Below, piece by piece: positions 20,401 through 26,200 of a stretch of 64,000 bases of DNA. Source of the stretch: Pirellulales bacterium. Lineage in GTDB: Bacteria > Planctomycetota > Planctomycetia > Pirellulales > JAICIG01. The notes below the pieces were generated by a model, which was given only the letters and a program-made list of their open reading frames with translations, had not been told where the DNA came from and searched no databases. The translations under genes and the position numbers were made by a program. Location: NCBI GenBank assembly GCA_035532215.1, contig DATKRK010000416.1, positions 13,183 to 77,182 on the forward strand, read 5' to 3'. Every line of letters starts with the position of its first letter. Position 1 is the first letter of the stretch.

Positions 20401-22696
20401 CTTGGCGCCGTCGTTCCATCTGATTTCGACCGCCACGCTGGAAGACAACACCGTCCTTGCCAGCGGCGGCAGTCCCGGCGGCAGCAACCCGAACCTGATC
20501 TTGGTCCCCGGCTTCGCGTATGGCATTTCGAACGGCGCCGGCGGCACGACTGCCACGACGTTTACCGTCAGCGACTACAACAACGACTCGATCCCGTACA
20601 ACGGCCTGTTCTCCGTGCCGCCGACGATTGCTTCCGACGGCACGTTGAGCTATCAGCTTAATCCGGACGTGTTCGGCGTGGCGACGCTGAAGGTCGTCGC
20701 CAGCAATGGCGCGGCGACTTCGGCCGCGCAGCAGACGACGATCACCGTCACGGCCATCGACGATCCGCCGACGCTGGATCCGATTTCGAGCCTCACGGTG
20801 TTGGACAATTCCGGCCAAAACGCCGTCTCTTTGACGGGGATCTCGGCCGGTCTCAACGAGTCGCAGGTCCTGACGATCACCGCGACGTCGAAGGACACGA
20901 GCATCATCCCCAACCCGACGATCAGCTACGCCAGCCCGAACGCGACCGGCCTGTTGTTCTTCACGCCGGTGCTCGGCAAAGCTGGAACCGTGAGGATCAC
21001 CGTCACCGTGACCGACAACGGCAACATCGCGGCGGGCGGCTTGAACTCGTTCTCGCAAACCTTCGACGTCACCGTTCAGAGCACTGTGCCCGTGGCCAGC
21101 GGCGGCACCGTCACCATCGACGAAGGAAGCCAGGGGACGATCGCGCTGAACGGCGTCAACGGCGTGGGCGACAGCGGCACGCTGTCGGCGAAAATTACCA
21201 GCTTGCCCAGCGGCGGCACGTTGTACCAAACGTCCGACGGAATCACGCTCGGGTCGCCGATCACGTCCGTGCCGACGAACGTCTCGAACCCGAACATGCA
21301 GGTGATCTACGTCCCGAACGCCGGCCAGTTCGGCAGCCCCTTCGACAGTTTCCGCTTCGAGGTGACCAATGGCACGCAAACCTCGGCTCCGGCTACTGAA
21401 ACCATTGACGTAACCCAGGTCAATCAGGCGCCGACCTTCACGGCCGGGCCGAACATTAACCTGGCGGCGGGCAATACGACCGCGCAGGTCTTCTCGGGTT
21501 GGGCCAAGAACATCTCGCCGGGCGCACCCAACGAATCGGCTCAAACGCTGACCTTCCTCGTCCTCGGCGATACGAATCCCAGCATGTTCAGCGTGCTGCC
21601 GGCCGTAGATCCGATTACCGGCAACCTGACATTCAGTCTGGCCGCCAACGCCAGCGGATCGGCCACGATCTCGCTGGTGTTGAAAGACAACGGCGGCACG
21701 GCGAACGGCGGCCACGACACCTCGGCGCCGCAGAGCTTCACGATTTCGGCCAGCGCGGCGCCCACGGCGAATCCGGAAACGTATATCGTCAACGACAGCG
21801 GCGCCAGTTTCGTCACTGCGGCCTCGGGAGTGCTGGCGAATGATTCCGATCCGAACGTCGGCGGCGTCATGACCGCGACGCTCGTTTCGGCGCCGAGCTT
21901 CGGCCGCGTGACGCTCAACTCCGACGGCTCGTTCAGCTACACGCCGGGCGGAAGCTTCGAAGGACTCGATCGCTTCACCTATCGCGATGTCGACGCCGGG
22001 CTGAGCAGCAACGTGACGACCGTCACGATCTGGTCTCACGAGGCGGCGATCGTCAACAAGTTCTACCAACAGGTCTTGAACCGAAACGCGGACGACGCCG
22101 GTTTGCAGTACTGGGCCAACCAGTTGCACAACGGCGCTCAGCCCGGCGCCATCGCACAAGGAATCTTCGAGAGCAACGAGCACCTGGACCCGATCATCAC
22201 CCAGTACTACGAGCAATTCCTGCTCCGCGCTCCCGACCAGCAAGGGCTGACCTTCTGGCGCGACCAGGTCTGGAAGGTTTACGGCGGGCCGGAGCAAGTT
22301 ATCGCCGGCATGATCAGTTCTCCCGAATTCTTCCAATCCGCCGGCGGAACCAACACCGGCTGGGTGACGCAGTTGTACCAGCGGCTGCTCAAACGGGCGC
22401 CCGACACGCAAGGGCTCCAATTCTGGGTCGGCCTGCTCGATCAGCATCAGGCGACCGAGTCGCAAGTGGTGCTCGGTTTCCTCAGCAGCACCGAGTATTA
22501 CACGAATTTGGTCGACGGCTTCTTCCAGCAGTACCTCGAGCGGGCGCCGTCGTCGGCCGAGTTGGCTCAGTACTTGTCTCAGCTCCAGGCAGGGGCCAGC
22601 CAGCGGGCCATCCAAATCAAGATCGTGGATACGCCCGAGTACTTGAACAATCCGCCCGCTCCGGCCGTCGGAGCGGCGATTCGGTTGTACTACTAA
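2453..22696 (+). CDS. giant (6,747 aa) multidomain extracellular protein, paralogue 1
   Basis: Uninterrupted 20,244-nt ORF with AGGAGA (2440-2445) 7 nt upstream of ATG 2453. The N-terminus is MGMW, then an Arg-rich stretch, then LEQFEQRLMLT (2567-2599). Recognisable parts: an M10/serralysin-like block with HEIGHALGLGN (4037-4069); PPC-like DxDxYxF sandwiches (~4241, ~11206, ~12007, ~16078); at least 14 TFEF-type modules; GDWGG(L/I)xF beta-helix blocks (~6596, ~10190); an Asp-box SADGGKTW (14492-14515) followed by a MAM/choice-of-anchor-J-like segment (ARIDLGNFAGQQNILLRFDF...GFYIDDIIVG); PbH1-type parallel beta-helix repeats (~16690-17170); cadherin-like/VCBS-type repeats (~17941-22040); and a DUF4214 tail. 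Confidence 0.9.
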   Translation: MGMWSSWRPIQNPEQDRNRRRGARRRGRAARPLVGREMLLEQFEQRLMLTGPQLISIIPDAGGLLLPGDTLNVAPKELTFNFDQNQTINAGTLAGIELVRSGGDGTFGNSNDVQITPGFIGIGTQPNTVVMRFSTSLPDDLYQITIVGSGPNALTNASQEAFNNGVNESQEFRLNLGPQVLAVVPQPISLPDPTTGVRTQAANEIDVYFNQRLQEWAGHPGQLDPALFQLIATKNTATTADDTVYVLDPNVSTSTPAVFADGTTHVAGQVYYNAANNEARLVFGQTSSVPGAINLNTLGTGSFRLRFGNSDQPQQAPLVVPVPPSPDNPSTPGGTGPGDTFSTSMATGALGDGQTKLFDSSIAPMSVNAGLLFPGGDSAPGTQNIADPTSISGLAAWITSQGIQNHLIDGRYTSPGGVTTIPYNFQDIYGSDVNGNLLHNQISTTQEQDVRDIFSLFSYYSGVNFVETPHDGITFAVGDIRAVAPSDPATSVNGIEGPTKTAPFVAIVNGNVNWGQSEYGGAFFAVAMHEIGHALGLGNSYDLPAPNAMGYTGVTGGGEDPNQPTQPANQVGTAEPALPGAGDISALQYLYSTDSKDVDLYKFTLTQQGVLNAQTIAQQLTPTSSLNTVLTLYNELTLLGLPANGGQGVSDGQTFSITSTNPGGVTATTQTFEFNSGLSLTLPAGGVVDGRTFSLSDGTHTVRFEFAVNGRQLSPGDTNTPIDYNANDSLDTIAGDVVQAINSAVKNAGLGVTAQGSQTIDATYSGSGAINIGGDANTTFSAQNAGLTISGNVNVQAGHILVRYAPADTQHDLAIAIANAITGAAVSLGNPNGLNVSATAELNQVQLQGPISLDISGSPTLTSSIQRSIISRNDDFIGTDSLINLNLTPGVYYIGVSSSGNTNYDPNITDSGWGGASNGMYELRLNFQATPSTPTNPAKASLDSYVAPVDTGLNALGQDAPQPLDGDANGTPGGTYNFWFNVTNPTSTIYVDKTPPKPGDISGPLGSLTNPFTTIQAALNSGLLVAGTNLRIEGNEGASFVLPLSAKPFAVGQQFTVSAGTVSAVFEFTSSGAAANGQLLPDGNYAVALPATYTPLGAAFAVQNAIQNVFPSSSPQGDASGDIQVALSSDSANEYVNLTGKLRITLGIDPPPATALSTQPHAAGGTDLVVPLGAAPIVAGQTFQIVAGTVTAKFEFASGAGISPGQLLTDGNYAVVLPATYSAQNVAAALQAAIAASPLSGAAAGNVVVSVTNDLTNYYATLTGSLSISVTVLSTPATPMSFKYSDVAYQIGANNAANQFQPLADGATFDVPRGVTVMIDPGAEFKMSKSIIDVGSSAQGIDRSQGSLQVLGIPGNQVIFTSFADDTVGGQTEFPDTAPTRGDWGGLAFRNDSGLEPLGIFVNYVDEANLRYGGGQVSVNGTPSVFNAVDMESARPTVTNNIIVDSAQAPISATPNSFEKTQFQQNVRLTAAAGSAIVDGQTFQIHGATFEFINVNNPQNSAGNGKYKSLPGVVQVLYHSGFSGPTDTDVQVALEIAEAINGAQQLSHPAVQAAVTGNQVTITNVTSVDSPVALDVPFSGSQSGLNGETFAIKGTVFEFFSGDAFQVPANGGTGIADGATFTITQGANAVTFEFAANGRTLTDGHVAIDYNNNPGATVPLVDTMDTLAREVVQAINAQAAAGAFGAGSPISAAYSGKGVISIGSNASTSYSLGGSGLTLLAGANQAPLTPNNVLVHFNPADTSLALAQEMAAAINAAQIDGGTGQLVYAEAVQSGATARVDLMYSSDVNLSAPGSAPLTMSLLTPLTINTVPGSQLSEGDTFTVNGKTFEFDSGYTLTVPQNLALAAPQSFSISDGTNTIDFDFNGPSPARQDHVNIPYSPGETRDQLAQDIVTAINNSGLKGIFATWLGSLGGQYTGQVNIGGVAASTLPGAPAATQVNTNVVYDNSALTRSGSPGFTGFTSGDVLTVPDLSAATGLRSFLISDGTKTVTFDFNGAPQVGHVNIPFTPGTDTADTIAQAMVAAVNAQSFFGVYATWLGQFGSAYTGQVNLEGVIKGTANSLQYPATLVTANTGGPPTPTTPALQLTGQPGFTGLTAGYVLSLPSTLSPSGVDSFEISDGVKDVTFDFNGPAQPGHVIIAYTSGETPDQLAQGIVTAINAQGFFGVHATWLGQFGTLYAGQISIEGVVAGSVNGNAYPATSVTADIPAAVGDPLILSGQPGADHTGGIPAPFVPTDSASTIASEIGAAVSGSGLDVSANSNTAGAGTVTFQNVDSLVPSPLVMQPSPEPIAYQLQNVFSFGADTLPLAVSNDIFTADYQRIGPEVHGNVLALPQPKVLSIGSPGQVQDGQQFVINNLGFEFDNNNTTTAGYHAVSFTAAQLAAPNALDLLAEDVAAAINAASNPASPQYVQGFNVTATIGSLGSGQVILSSNAANAAVVTNGAPLSIKQSIVENTINGLFVNIRTNLGKSIDTLDVSAEFNATDIPYVITSNLEITGETGGPLGTTGRESARLQVDPGVVVKMLGSRIEVGMGANFVAEADQNHRVIFTSLFDDTFGGGGTFYTNGDDQNPTPPQAAAPGDWGGIYFSPTSKGSIDHALITYAGGSIPIEGGFDSFNAIEIHQAQVRITNSSLLSNASGKSSGTRNGRGANDAAVIYVIDAQPVLVNNIVQNNQGAAISVNVNSLNNALTPDWGRSTGVIDSFTQFADNYGPLVRLNKLGNNSINGMLVRGGTLNTASIWDDTDIVHVVESEIDTTNYATNGGLRLQSNSTQSLVVKLLGASAGFTATGVASNITDRIGGTLQIIGTAGHPVVLTSLYDNNVGAGLTPGDRPDNVTLNGNTTKPSPGDWNSVLFDQYANDNNVAVINEAESTFTGGQGTDNTPGAAQNLGALAPNLKSGDDKQRLGYVVHGFISPDDTHDMDVYSFSAAPGTQVWLDLGNTSMALDAVLELVDANGNVLARSDNSVLEQEDAIQAGNPLVAGPLLSGLIPGGTNLAQPMQSTTFQSNVYPASNVHDFGSINPRDPGMRVVLPGGPLQQGQSNPTYYVRVYSRGPNSNPYVNSPAPGQSAPAESNGLTSGAYDLQVRLQETTQVAGSVVRFASINYAKDGITVLGQPDHSPLAGQSVSSGSNNVTITVPPSPFGSTDPTYFPGQANGPAAAQNLGDLLTTDTSSLSVGGNLTDPGQVDWYSFTLNYDLMQAIQHVNGADKTFSTIFDIGYADGLTRPDTTLSVFNQYGQLILSGRDSNISDQQPQPGAGADTSNLSHGSFGTLDSYIGSAQLPTGYANGTTPGSLAGQNPVGLNSYTYYVAVSSNATLPTAMDATFNANSANPLVRLEPLEGFKRIVEDHIGFTGYTSGNALFNSGNLTSGNQSSGNTMAPQDGALLPIQTVADLQQHVVPYTLDNVVGYAVTDNHLYTINPATGQQETDVSALATDQPPNGVWKDISIRNDGKMFGYRTAYDTTGNSGYFYQIDPGTGAQTLLGGDGAAGKWGLSKEVDSMVWTGDGFNNSYKLFFSIRAANGISALVRANPDTGDTTQTPPYGLYGYMETGLQNGIKIESLAAQDANKNPQIFEGQSFQLTDLAGRTITFVFHNTANPPLPPPPAGAAYIDFASGDSADTVGMEIDSAINQAFFALGAPVNPPANYKPLTANYSFAGTAKPIQPGEVDVNNVASEDFSNASQFNVTSTGVGGYITGMALDPTTGEIYCVSSNGGVYVMDGPNPGSMRYLGASQVFTKAGYSFTGLNVGPQDLDWNGDGTPGDLRHVLIASADVAGGGSVLTAISMDDLAAGNIFNSQPIQAGAPVAIFDVPGVDQNGLSGPTGSYTDNTPLAETGATGIALSPLDFNLWHPTFTRWADPGHGIPNTYSNSRVGGFPTSVTSGDVNFSTNGSAGGEVAGGVSFYFGMDNYMPEPANYFGYNGIDAQYGVLDTNTQKNLTYQTNSAASPVIRQTYNLPGGADGILETNGFSLAGYSSADKPTLYFNYYLDTNNNNTKGVTPGFNDFTQAARVYASADGGKTWQLMATNDATRTYYDTNTNITGQLGELPQFATASADVPATTLNGQPVVDPRQQTQQLFNSTGTWRQARIDLGNFAGQQNILLRFDFHTSGSSDIYSSYNPQFVQGDQYGNPTKPTRAQNLQHEGFYIDDIIVGLAERGEQVTNSPAGQTQFFTTPQNPNFGAPTETLTGQYQLQIRPGQATGQTINPNNSAIELNPNQFDVNDRLTSGYTLVAPEGHFNQSITKTLPSFNLATQAYSVPTQTYTFQNLPTPTGGGTLTISGVGDLEGILEYLKLDGIGDVSVTQNVFFSQAQADKAQQGQFITSTQIHLSQAQLLKLLAAGGGNSIQFNLTPQTPIDGANTNNLDLNNTNPATQVNSLLQLNVTLDYASAPYDGQTFTISDGVNQAVFELDDNNSLVNPSDIRVAFDPTFTAAQLAQAMAAAINQQTLLKVTASTADAAGNNAASNTNDTNDRVNLFGAAWVQVGMPQVTVSGAGAASPPPNTIGNAFKTTLDSAASSGNRAFNGYGELGNAAGTSGISNPRDVNLYQVHLNAGDALTVQLNSGSILSSLQPYLRIFDAAGNEVGNSSTLTQLPTLPDGSGFPPNAFVAPDPYYTFTAQSTGDYYIGVSGAGNLLYDPTKPPAAWTATTPNPAGSTGYYQIHISVGSINVRGVVPPATPSFSFFPPNYEPGQPVNEGTLSYQGQLQLPTSTGNPYTGDPNIGDDGTIRVLKYDYTGDAQVVAPQGSLILESNQITNSSDVGILVSSAPREGLLGQPNPNLPHQGGVVNTPVLNSARLVPGVVVENNLVTNFGNAGIQFSGDTNPAGAPLAAVPFGRLINNTVYGGLQATGKVGILVSNNASPTVVNNIVANTQLGISVDASSQALPSPPVLGANLFSGNAKNTNLGNPAQYPNGDPGSNGIVLTAGQPLFTNPALGNFYLKEYSPAIDSSLNSLVDRPQMTAVTGPLGISPSPILAPDTDMNGQLRVDDPFVASPPGLGSNVFKDRGAIERADLTGPQASLLSPVDNNIQDQDPRVNIVHPVGELLSEFQIQLNDGVGSGIDNSTVTPDRVTVRRNGVLLTQGVDYSFVYDNNNHIIRLIAASGVWQNGYVYDIALDNGVHFDPQAADTSGTPLGIKDLAGNFLQADFPNGFTTFQLILDSVQNDPPAVTLPLTAQTVAENSPGSPYSPAAPSSLAFDTANQNTITVYDVDANGGVEQITVSTAQGTLAIGGSLPGINILNSSNGTSTLQFQGTVDALNAALDTLVYTPAPYFNGQATIQIVANDLGNSPPPAKLTTVFIPVTVTPVNNAPVITMPATQSVTEDNPLVFSSSGGNPISVFDVDVQGADTSNPSYLYTEEVRLDNLPAIAGNNNLPQIVLGTTSGITFLAPPAGGAVTANGSTDIWFRGTLSAINTALNGLKFIPPAEDSTAEPGLYPNPFSLTLVTNDNGNIGAGVPQIVTQSVSITVNPVIDAPTLDNSQTMTLSPLTESLTSPTPAQVSAAISAAGGSNTVASVLATGADGGSPITINTLTSGGQLGIAITDATETDPTRGTWYYSVDAGATWKSFGTAATDFGAASMSHALLLRATDLVEYVPAANFNTNGTLDPLPTLTFTAWDQTTAVEPAQLQILPLAPGSAANLTQIGQGASTPFSVASGTATLSISAVDSPPHISLPSGAFITNEDVAISFSGANAPVVSDPDINEGNLANVGQVSLTVSVNPAQGTLSLGPSVPGTVQIINGGNGQSSIAIQGLMADVNTAINGLKFTPALYFASQATVNLVVNDLGNFGVLPPGYPSANGGLIDTETLTIDVTPVHFAPVLDSNNGAPTFASVVQNTPPANNTGSTVGAMLLTGGSIVSDVDPAGSFLAIDADAGAKQGIAVTGLTTASGGIWYYSTNGGASFSLVGAVSPSNALLLRSTDLVRFLPNQNFTGNVTMTFQAWDQTDQAAAGSRVNLTTAGATGGKTAYSTASATATLSVTPIPLAPSFHLISTATLEDNTVLASGGSPGGSNPNLILVPGFAYGISNGAGGTTATTFTVSDYNNDSIPYNGLFSVPPTIASDGTLSYQLNPDVFGVATLKVVASNGAATSAAQQTTITVTAIDDPPTLDPISSLTVLDNSGQNAVSLTGISAGLNESQVLTITATSKDTSIIPNPTISYASPNATGLLFFTPVLGKAGTVRITVTVTDNGNIAAGGLNSFSQTFDVTVQSTVPVASGGTVTIDEGSQGTIALNGVNGVGDSGTLSAKITSLPSGGTLYQTSDGITLGSPITSVPTNVSNPNMQVIYVPNAGQFGSPFDSFRFEVTNGTQTSAPATETIDVTQVNQAPTFTAGPNINLAAGNTTAQVFSGWAKNISPGAPNESAQTLTFLVLGDTNPSMFSVLPAVDPITGNLTFSLAANASGSATISLVLKDNGGTANGGHDTSAPQSFTISASAAPTANPETYIVNDSGASFVTAASGVLANDSDPNVGGVMTATLVSAPSFGRVTLNSDGSFSYTPGGSFEGLDRFTYRDVDAGLSSNVTTVTIWSHEAAIVNKFYQQVLNRNADDAGLQYWANQLHNGAQPGAIAQGIFESNEHLDPIITQYYEQFLLRAPDQQGLTFWRDQVWKVYGGPEQVIAGMISSPEFFQSAGGTNTGWVTQLYQRLLKRAPDTQGLQFWVGLLDQHQATESQVVLGFLSSTEYYTNLVDGFFQQYLERAPSSAELAQYLSQLQAGASQRAIQIKIVDTPEYLNNPPAPAVGAAIRLYY
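3700..4240 (+). other. serralysin/matrixin (M10)-like metalloprotease-type block of giant 1
   Basis: IPYNFQDIYGS...FSLFSYYSGVNFVE...AMHEIGHALGLGNSYD...DISALQYLY. HEIGH is at 4037-4051 (aa 529-533). HEIGHALGL is the serralysin signature, but the position of the third zinc-ligand His (HEXXHXXGXXH) is Asn. Confidence 0.6.
7949..9110 (+). repeat. three tandem ~130-aa coding repeats (recent triplication of one TFEF-type module) inside giant 1
   Basis: Three consecutive units share ...(S/L)(F)xISDG(T/V)(N/K)x(I/V)(D/T)FDFNG(P/A)...(D/G)HVxI(P/A)(Y/F)(S/T)(P/S)GE(T)...(L/I)AQx(I/M)V(T/A)A(I/V)Nxxx(F/L)xG(I/V)(F/Y/H)ATWLGxxGxxY(T/A)GQ(V/I)x(I/L)xGV. The (D/T)FDF cores start at 8033, 8423 and 8825, giving spacings of 390 and 402 nt. 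Confidence 0.85.
22042..22693 (+). other. DUF4214-type repeat tail of giant 1
   Basis: VNKFYQQVLNRNADDAGLQYW, ITQYYEQFLLRAPDQQGLTFW, VTQLYQRLLKRAPDTQGLQFW and VDGFFQQYLERAPSSAELAQY follow the (F/Y)xxxLxRxxDxxGLxxW pattern. Confidence 0.75.
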
Positions 22697-23213
22697 GGAC
22701 GGAGGAGAAGGGGGGTCGCTTTTTTCTTGACTTAGATGTAGCGCGAGATTTAATGGAACCTAAGCTCGTCCGAGTTCGGAACATACCGCCGGCGCCTGCC
22801 TCAAGGCCCTGCAGCGGGTTAAAGGCGCCAGGATGGCACTCTCGCCGGAGTTGCCGGCGTCGAGGCCGCGGGCTGTTGGTAATCGGCTTTTCGTCGACGG
22901 CGCCGAGTCTGATTCGTAAACGCCGCCGCCGCCGACGAAGTCTGCCGGTCAATGATCGAGCCGTGTCAGTTCGCCTGTGGCAAGATGTCGGCGGTGGTGC
23001 GCGCAGAGATAGCCTTGTATGACGGGCAATCGTCAGTCTGGGCTGAAATGGTAATTGGGGAGGACTTGGCACTTTACCTGGCCAGATAAAGTGGCAAGTA
23101 TAGGATGTTTGCGTATTGCTATTAGAATGGCAGAAATAGAAAACTAAGGGGTTCTGCCTAACCTGTTCCGAGGCCGTCTGGTTGGAACAGGATTCCACCT
23201 AGGAGAAGAATTC

Positions 23214-26200
23214 ATGGGGATGTGGCGTTCGCTTCACCCTTTCCATTCGTCCACGCCGAAACCCAGCCGACGCAGCAGCGTCAAGCGATCGAGCCGACGT
23301 CGCGCGCTCAAGCGCCGCGAGACGAATGCTTCGCGCGCAGGCCGGCGAGAACTGCAACTCGAACGCTTCGAAGAGCGTTTGCTGCTGACGGCTGCACCCC
23401 AGTTGTTGTCGATCCTGACCAACAGCAACGACGTGGTTTTTGCTCCCAACGCCGCCACGCAGCCGTTGACCACGGCGCCTCAAGAGCTTGATTTGCTCTT
23501 CAACGAAGGACAGGTGATCGATCCGGCGACGCTCGGCGGCATCCAGATCGTGCGCGCGGGCGTCGACCACACGCTGAACACCGCCGACGACGCGCCGATT
23601 CAGCCCGGTTACGTCGGCATCGGCTCGATTCCCAACGAGGTCGTGGTCCGGTTCGCTTCCACGCTTCCCGACGACCTCTATCAAATCACGCTGCTGGGTA
23701 CCGGTCCCGATGCGCTGACCAACAGCAGCAATCCGCCCGTTCCCTTTTCCAGCGGCAACTCGACGCAACCCAACCAGCGAATCGATTTTCAGATCGACAC
23801 GGCGCCACAGGTGCTGTCGGTCGTCCCCGAACCGATCACGCGCAATTCCGACGGCAGCCTGTCTCAGGCGACGGATACGATCGACGTTTATTTCAACAAG
23901 CCGATCCAACCGCTGCCGACGACGATCAATCAGCTCGATCCGCACCTGTTCCAACTGGTCGCCACGCAAAACACGGCCGATCCCACGGACGACCAGGTCT
24001 ACACGCCGAACAACGTCAGCTTCGACCTTTCGACGAACATGGCGCAGCTCACGTTCGCTGCGCCGATCAGTTCCTTGAGCACCGGCTCGTTCCGCTTGCG
24101 AATCGGCGATAATCAGCCCGTGGCCACCGGCAGCAATGCGGCGCCGGTCACCGTTCCGATTACGGTCGGCTCGGCCGGTTCGACTTTCGGCGACGCGAAC
24201 ACGCTGACGCAAGATCCCGGACCCTATAACGTCGGCGATTTGAACGCCGTGTCGCACCAACTGTTGACGGGCGGCGTGATCGGGCCGGTCAGCGATTTGC
24301 CGGCGACGGCGACGCCGGGCGGAAATCTCGGCCCCGGGCTGAGCGGCATCCCGATCGACAACCACGTCGACCCCAACGCAGCGCAGCCCAGCGGGCAAAC
24401 GCATTACGTGCCGACGATCACCTACAATTTTCCCGACATCTACGGCAGCGTTCCCGGCAATCCGCAACTGCACAACGTCATCACGCCGGCGCAACAGCAG
24501 TTGACGCGGGAGATCTTCCAGCTTTACAGCTACTATTACGGCGTGCAGTTCCAGGAGGTCGGCAGTGCGACGCTGGGCGCCGCCGAATTGGGCGTCGTCA
24601 CCGGCGTGGTGCAGTCGCTCGACCAGTCGGCCCCCGTCGGTTTGACCGGCATCGCTCAGGCGCCCGCGACTCCTTTCCCAGTCACGCCTTTGGCCTCGCG
24701 CGGCGAAGCGTTGGCCGTGATGAACGCGGGTATCTTCAACACGGAAAGCCAATACGGCGGGCCGTGGTTCATGGAAGCCCTGCGTCAGATCGGGATCATG
24801 CTCGGGCTGACGAACGTCAACGGCGCGCCGCCGGGAACGGTGATGGGCGCGGGCGGCAACGACCCGGCCACGAATGCGCCGGCGGAGCCGGTGTTCCCCG
24901 GCAACGCCGACATTCTGCACGGCCGGTACTTGTACCAGCCGGACAGCAACGCCATCAACATGTACAAGTTCACCGTCACGACGCCCGGCGCGTTCAGCGC
25001 CGAGACGATCGCCCAGCGTCTGACCGACGCCAGCGGCGCGCCGGATACGAGCCTGCTGAACACCGTCTTGACGCTGTACAACGAGACGCACGTCATTCAA
25101 CTGCCCACCACGGGCGCCAATCCGGTCGGCTCGGCGATCGTGCCGGGCAGTTCGTTTACGCTCAACGACGGAACATCCCCGGCGGTCACGTTCGCGTTCG
25201 ACAACGGCATAACGCCGATCCCCGCGGGCGCCGTATCGATTCCTTTCACGGCGTCGCAGACCGCGCACGACGTGGCGTTGTCGCTGGCCCAAGCGATCAA
25301 CGGTTACCTGACGACCCACAGTCTGAACGTCTCGGCCAACGTCGAATTCGATCGCGTGGTGCTCAGCGGGCCCTTGACGGTTACGCACAGCGCGTCGCAG
25401 GGTTCGGTCGCCTACAGCGTCGACCGCGAGATCGTCTCGCGCAACGACGACTATTTCGGAACCGATTCGTACCTCAAGCTGCAGCTTGCGCCGGGCAATT
25501 ATTACGTGGCGGTGACCAGCACCGGCAACGCCAATTTCAACCCCAACGTGCCGGACAGCGGCGCCGGCGGCACGACGACGGGCGCGTACAACCTGCGGCT
25601 CGATTTCACGCCCACGCCCGTCAGCACGCTGACCGACGACGGCCTGTCGTTGATCGTGCCCAACGTGCCCCTCGGCGGACAAGGGGGCATTCAAAACCTC
25701 GACAAGTTCACTATTTCTACCGATAGCAACACCTCCGTGACGTTCCAGTTCGTCACGCAGGGTTCGACGCCGCAGACGGGCGTCACTGCCATTCTGGTGT
25801 CGCCCGGCGCCACGCAGGACCAGGTGGCGCAGGCCGTGGCGACGGCGATCGCCAATTCCGGCTTGACGACGCTGACCCTGCGCTACGACGGCCACGGCCA
25901 GGTGAACCTGGGCGGTTCGGCGACGACGACAATCACGACGTCCACGAGCGCCTTGGCCGTGTGGGGCACGGCGACTCGACACGTGCTCGAGGGCAATTCC
26001 GACGGCGCCAGCGGCGCTTACAATTTCTGGTTCGCCTCGAACGACGCCAGCACGATCTACGTCGATAAGCTGTCGGCGGCTACGGCCGATCCGACTTTGG
26101 GAACGATCGGCAATCCCTACAATACAATTGCCGGCGCCTTGCAAGCCGCGTCGGATCGCATCATTGCGCCGACGGGCGCCGCCTTGGCGACCGCGACGCC

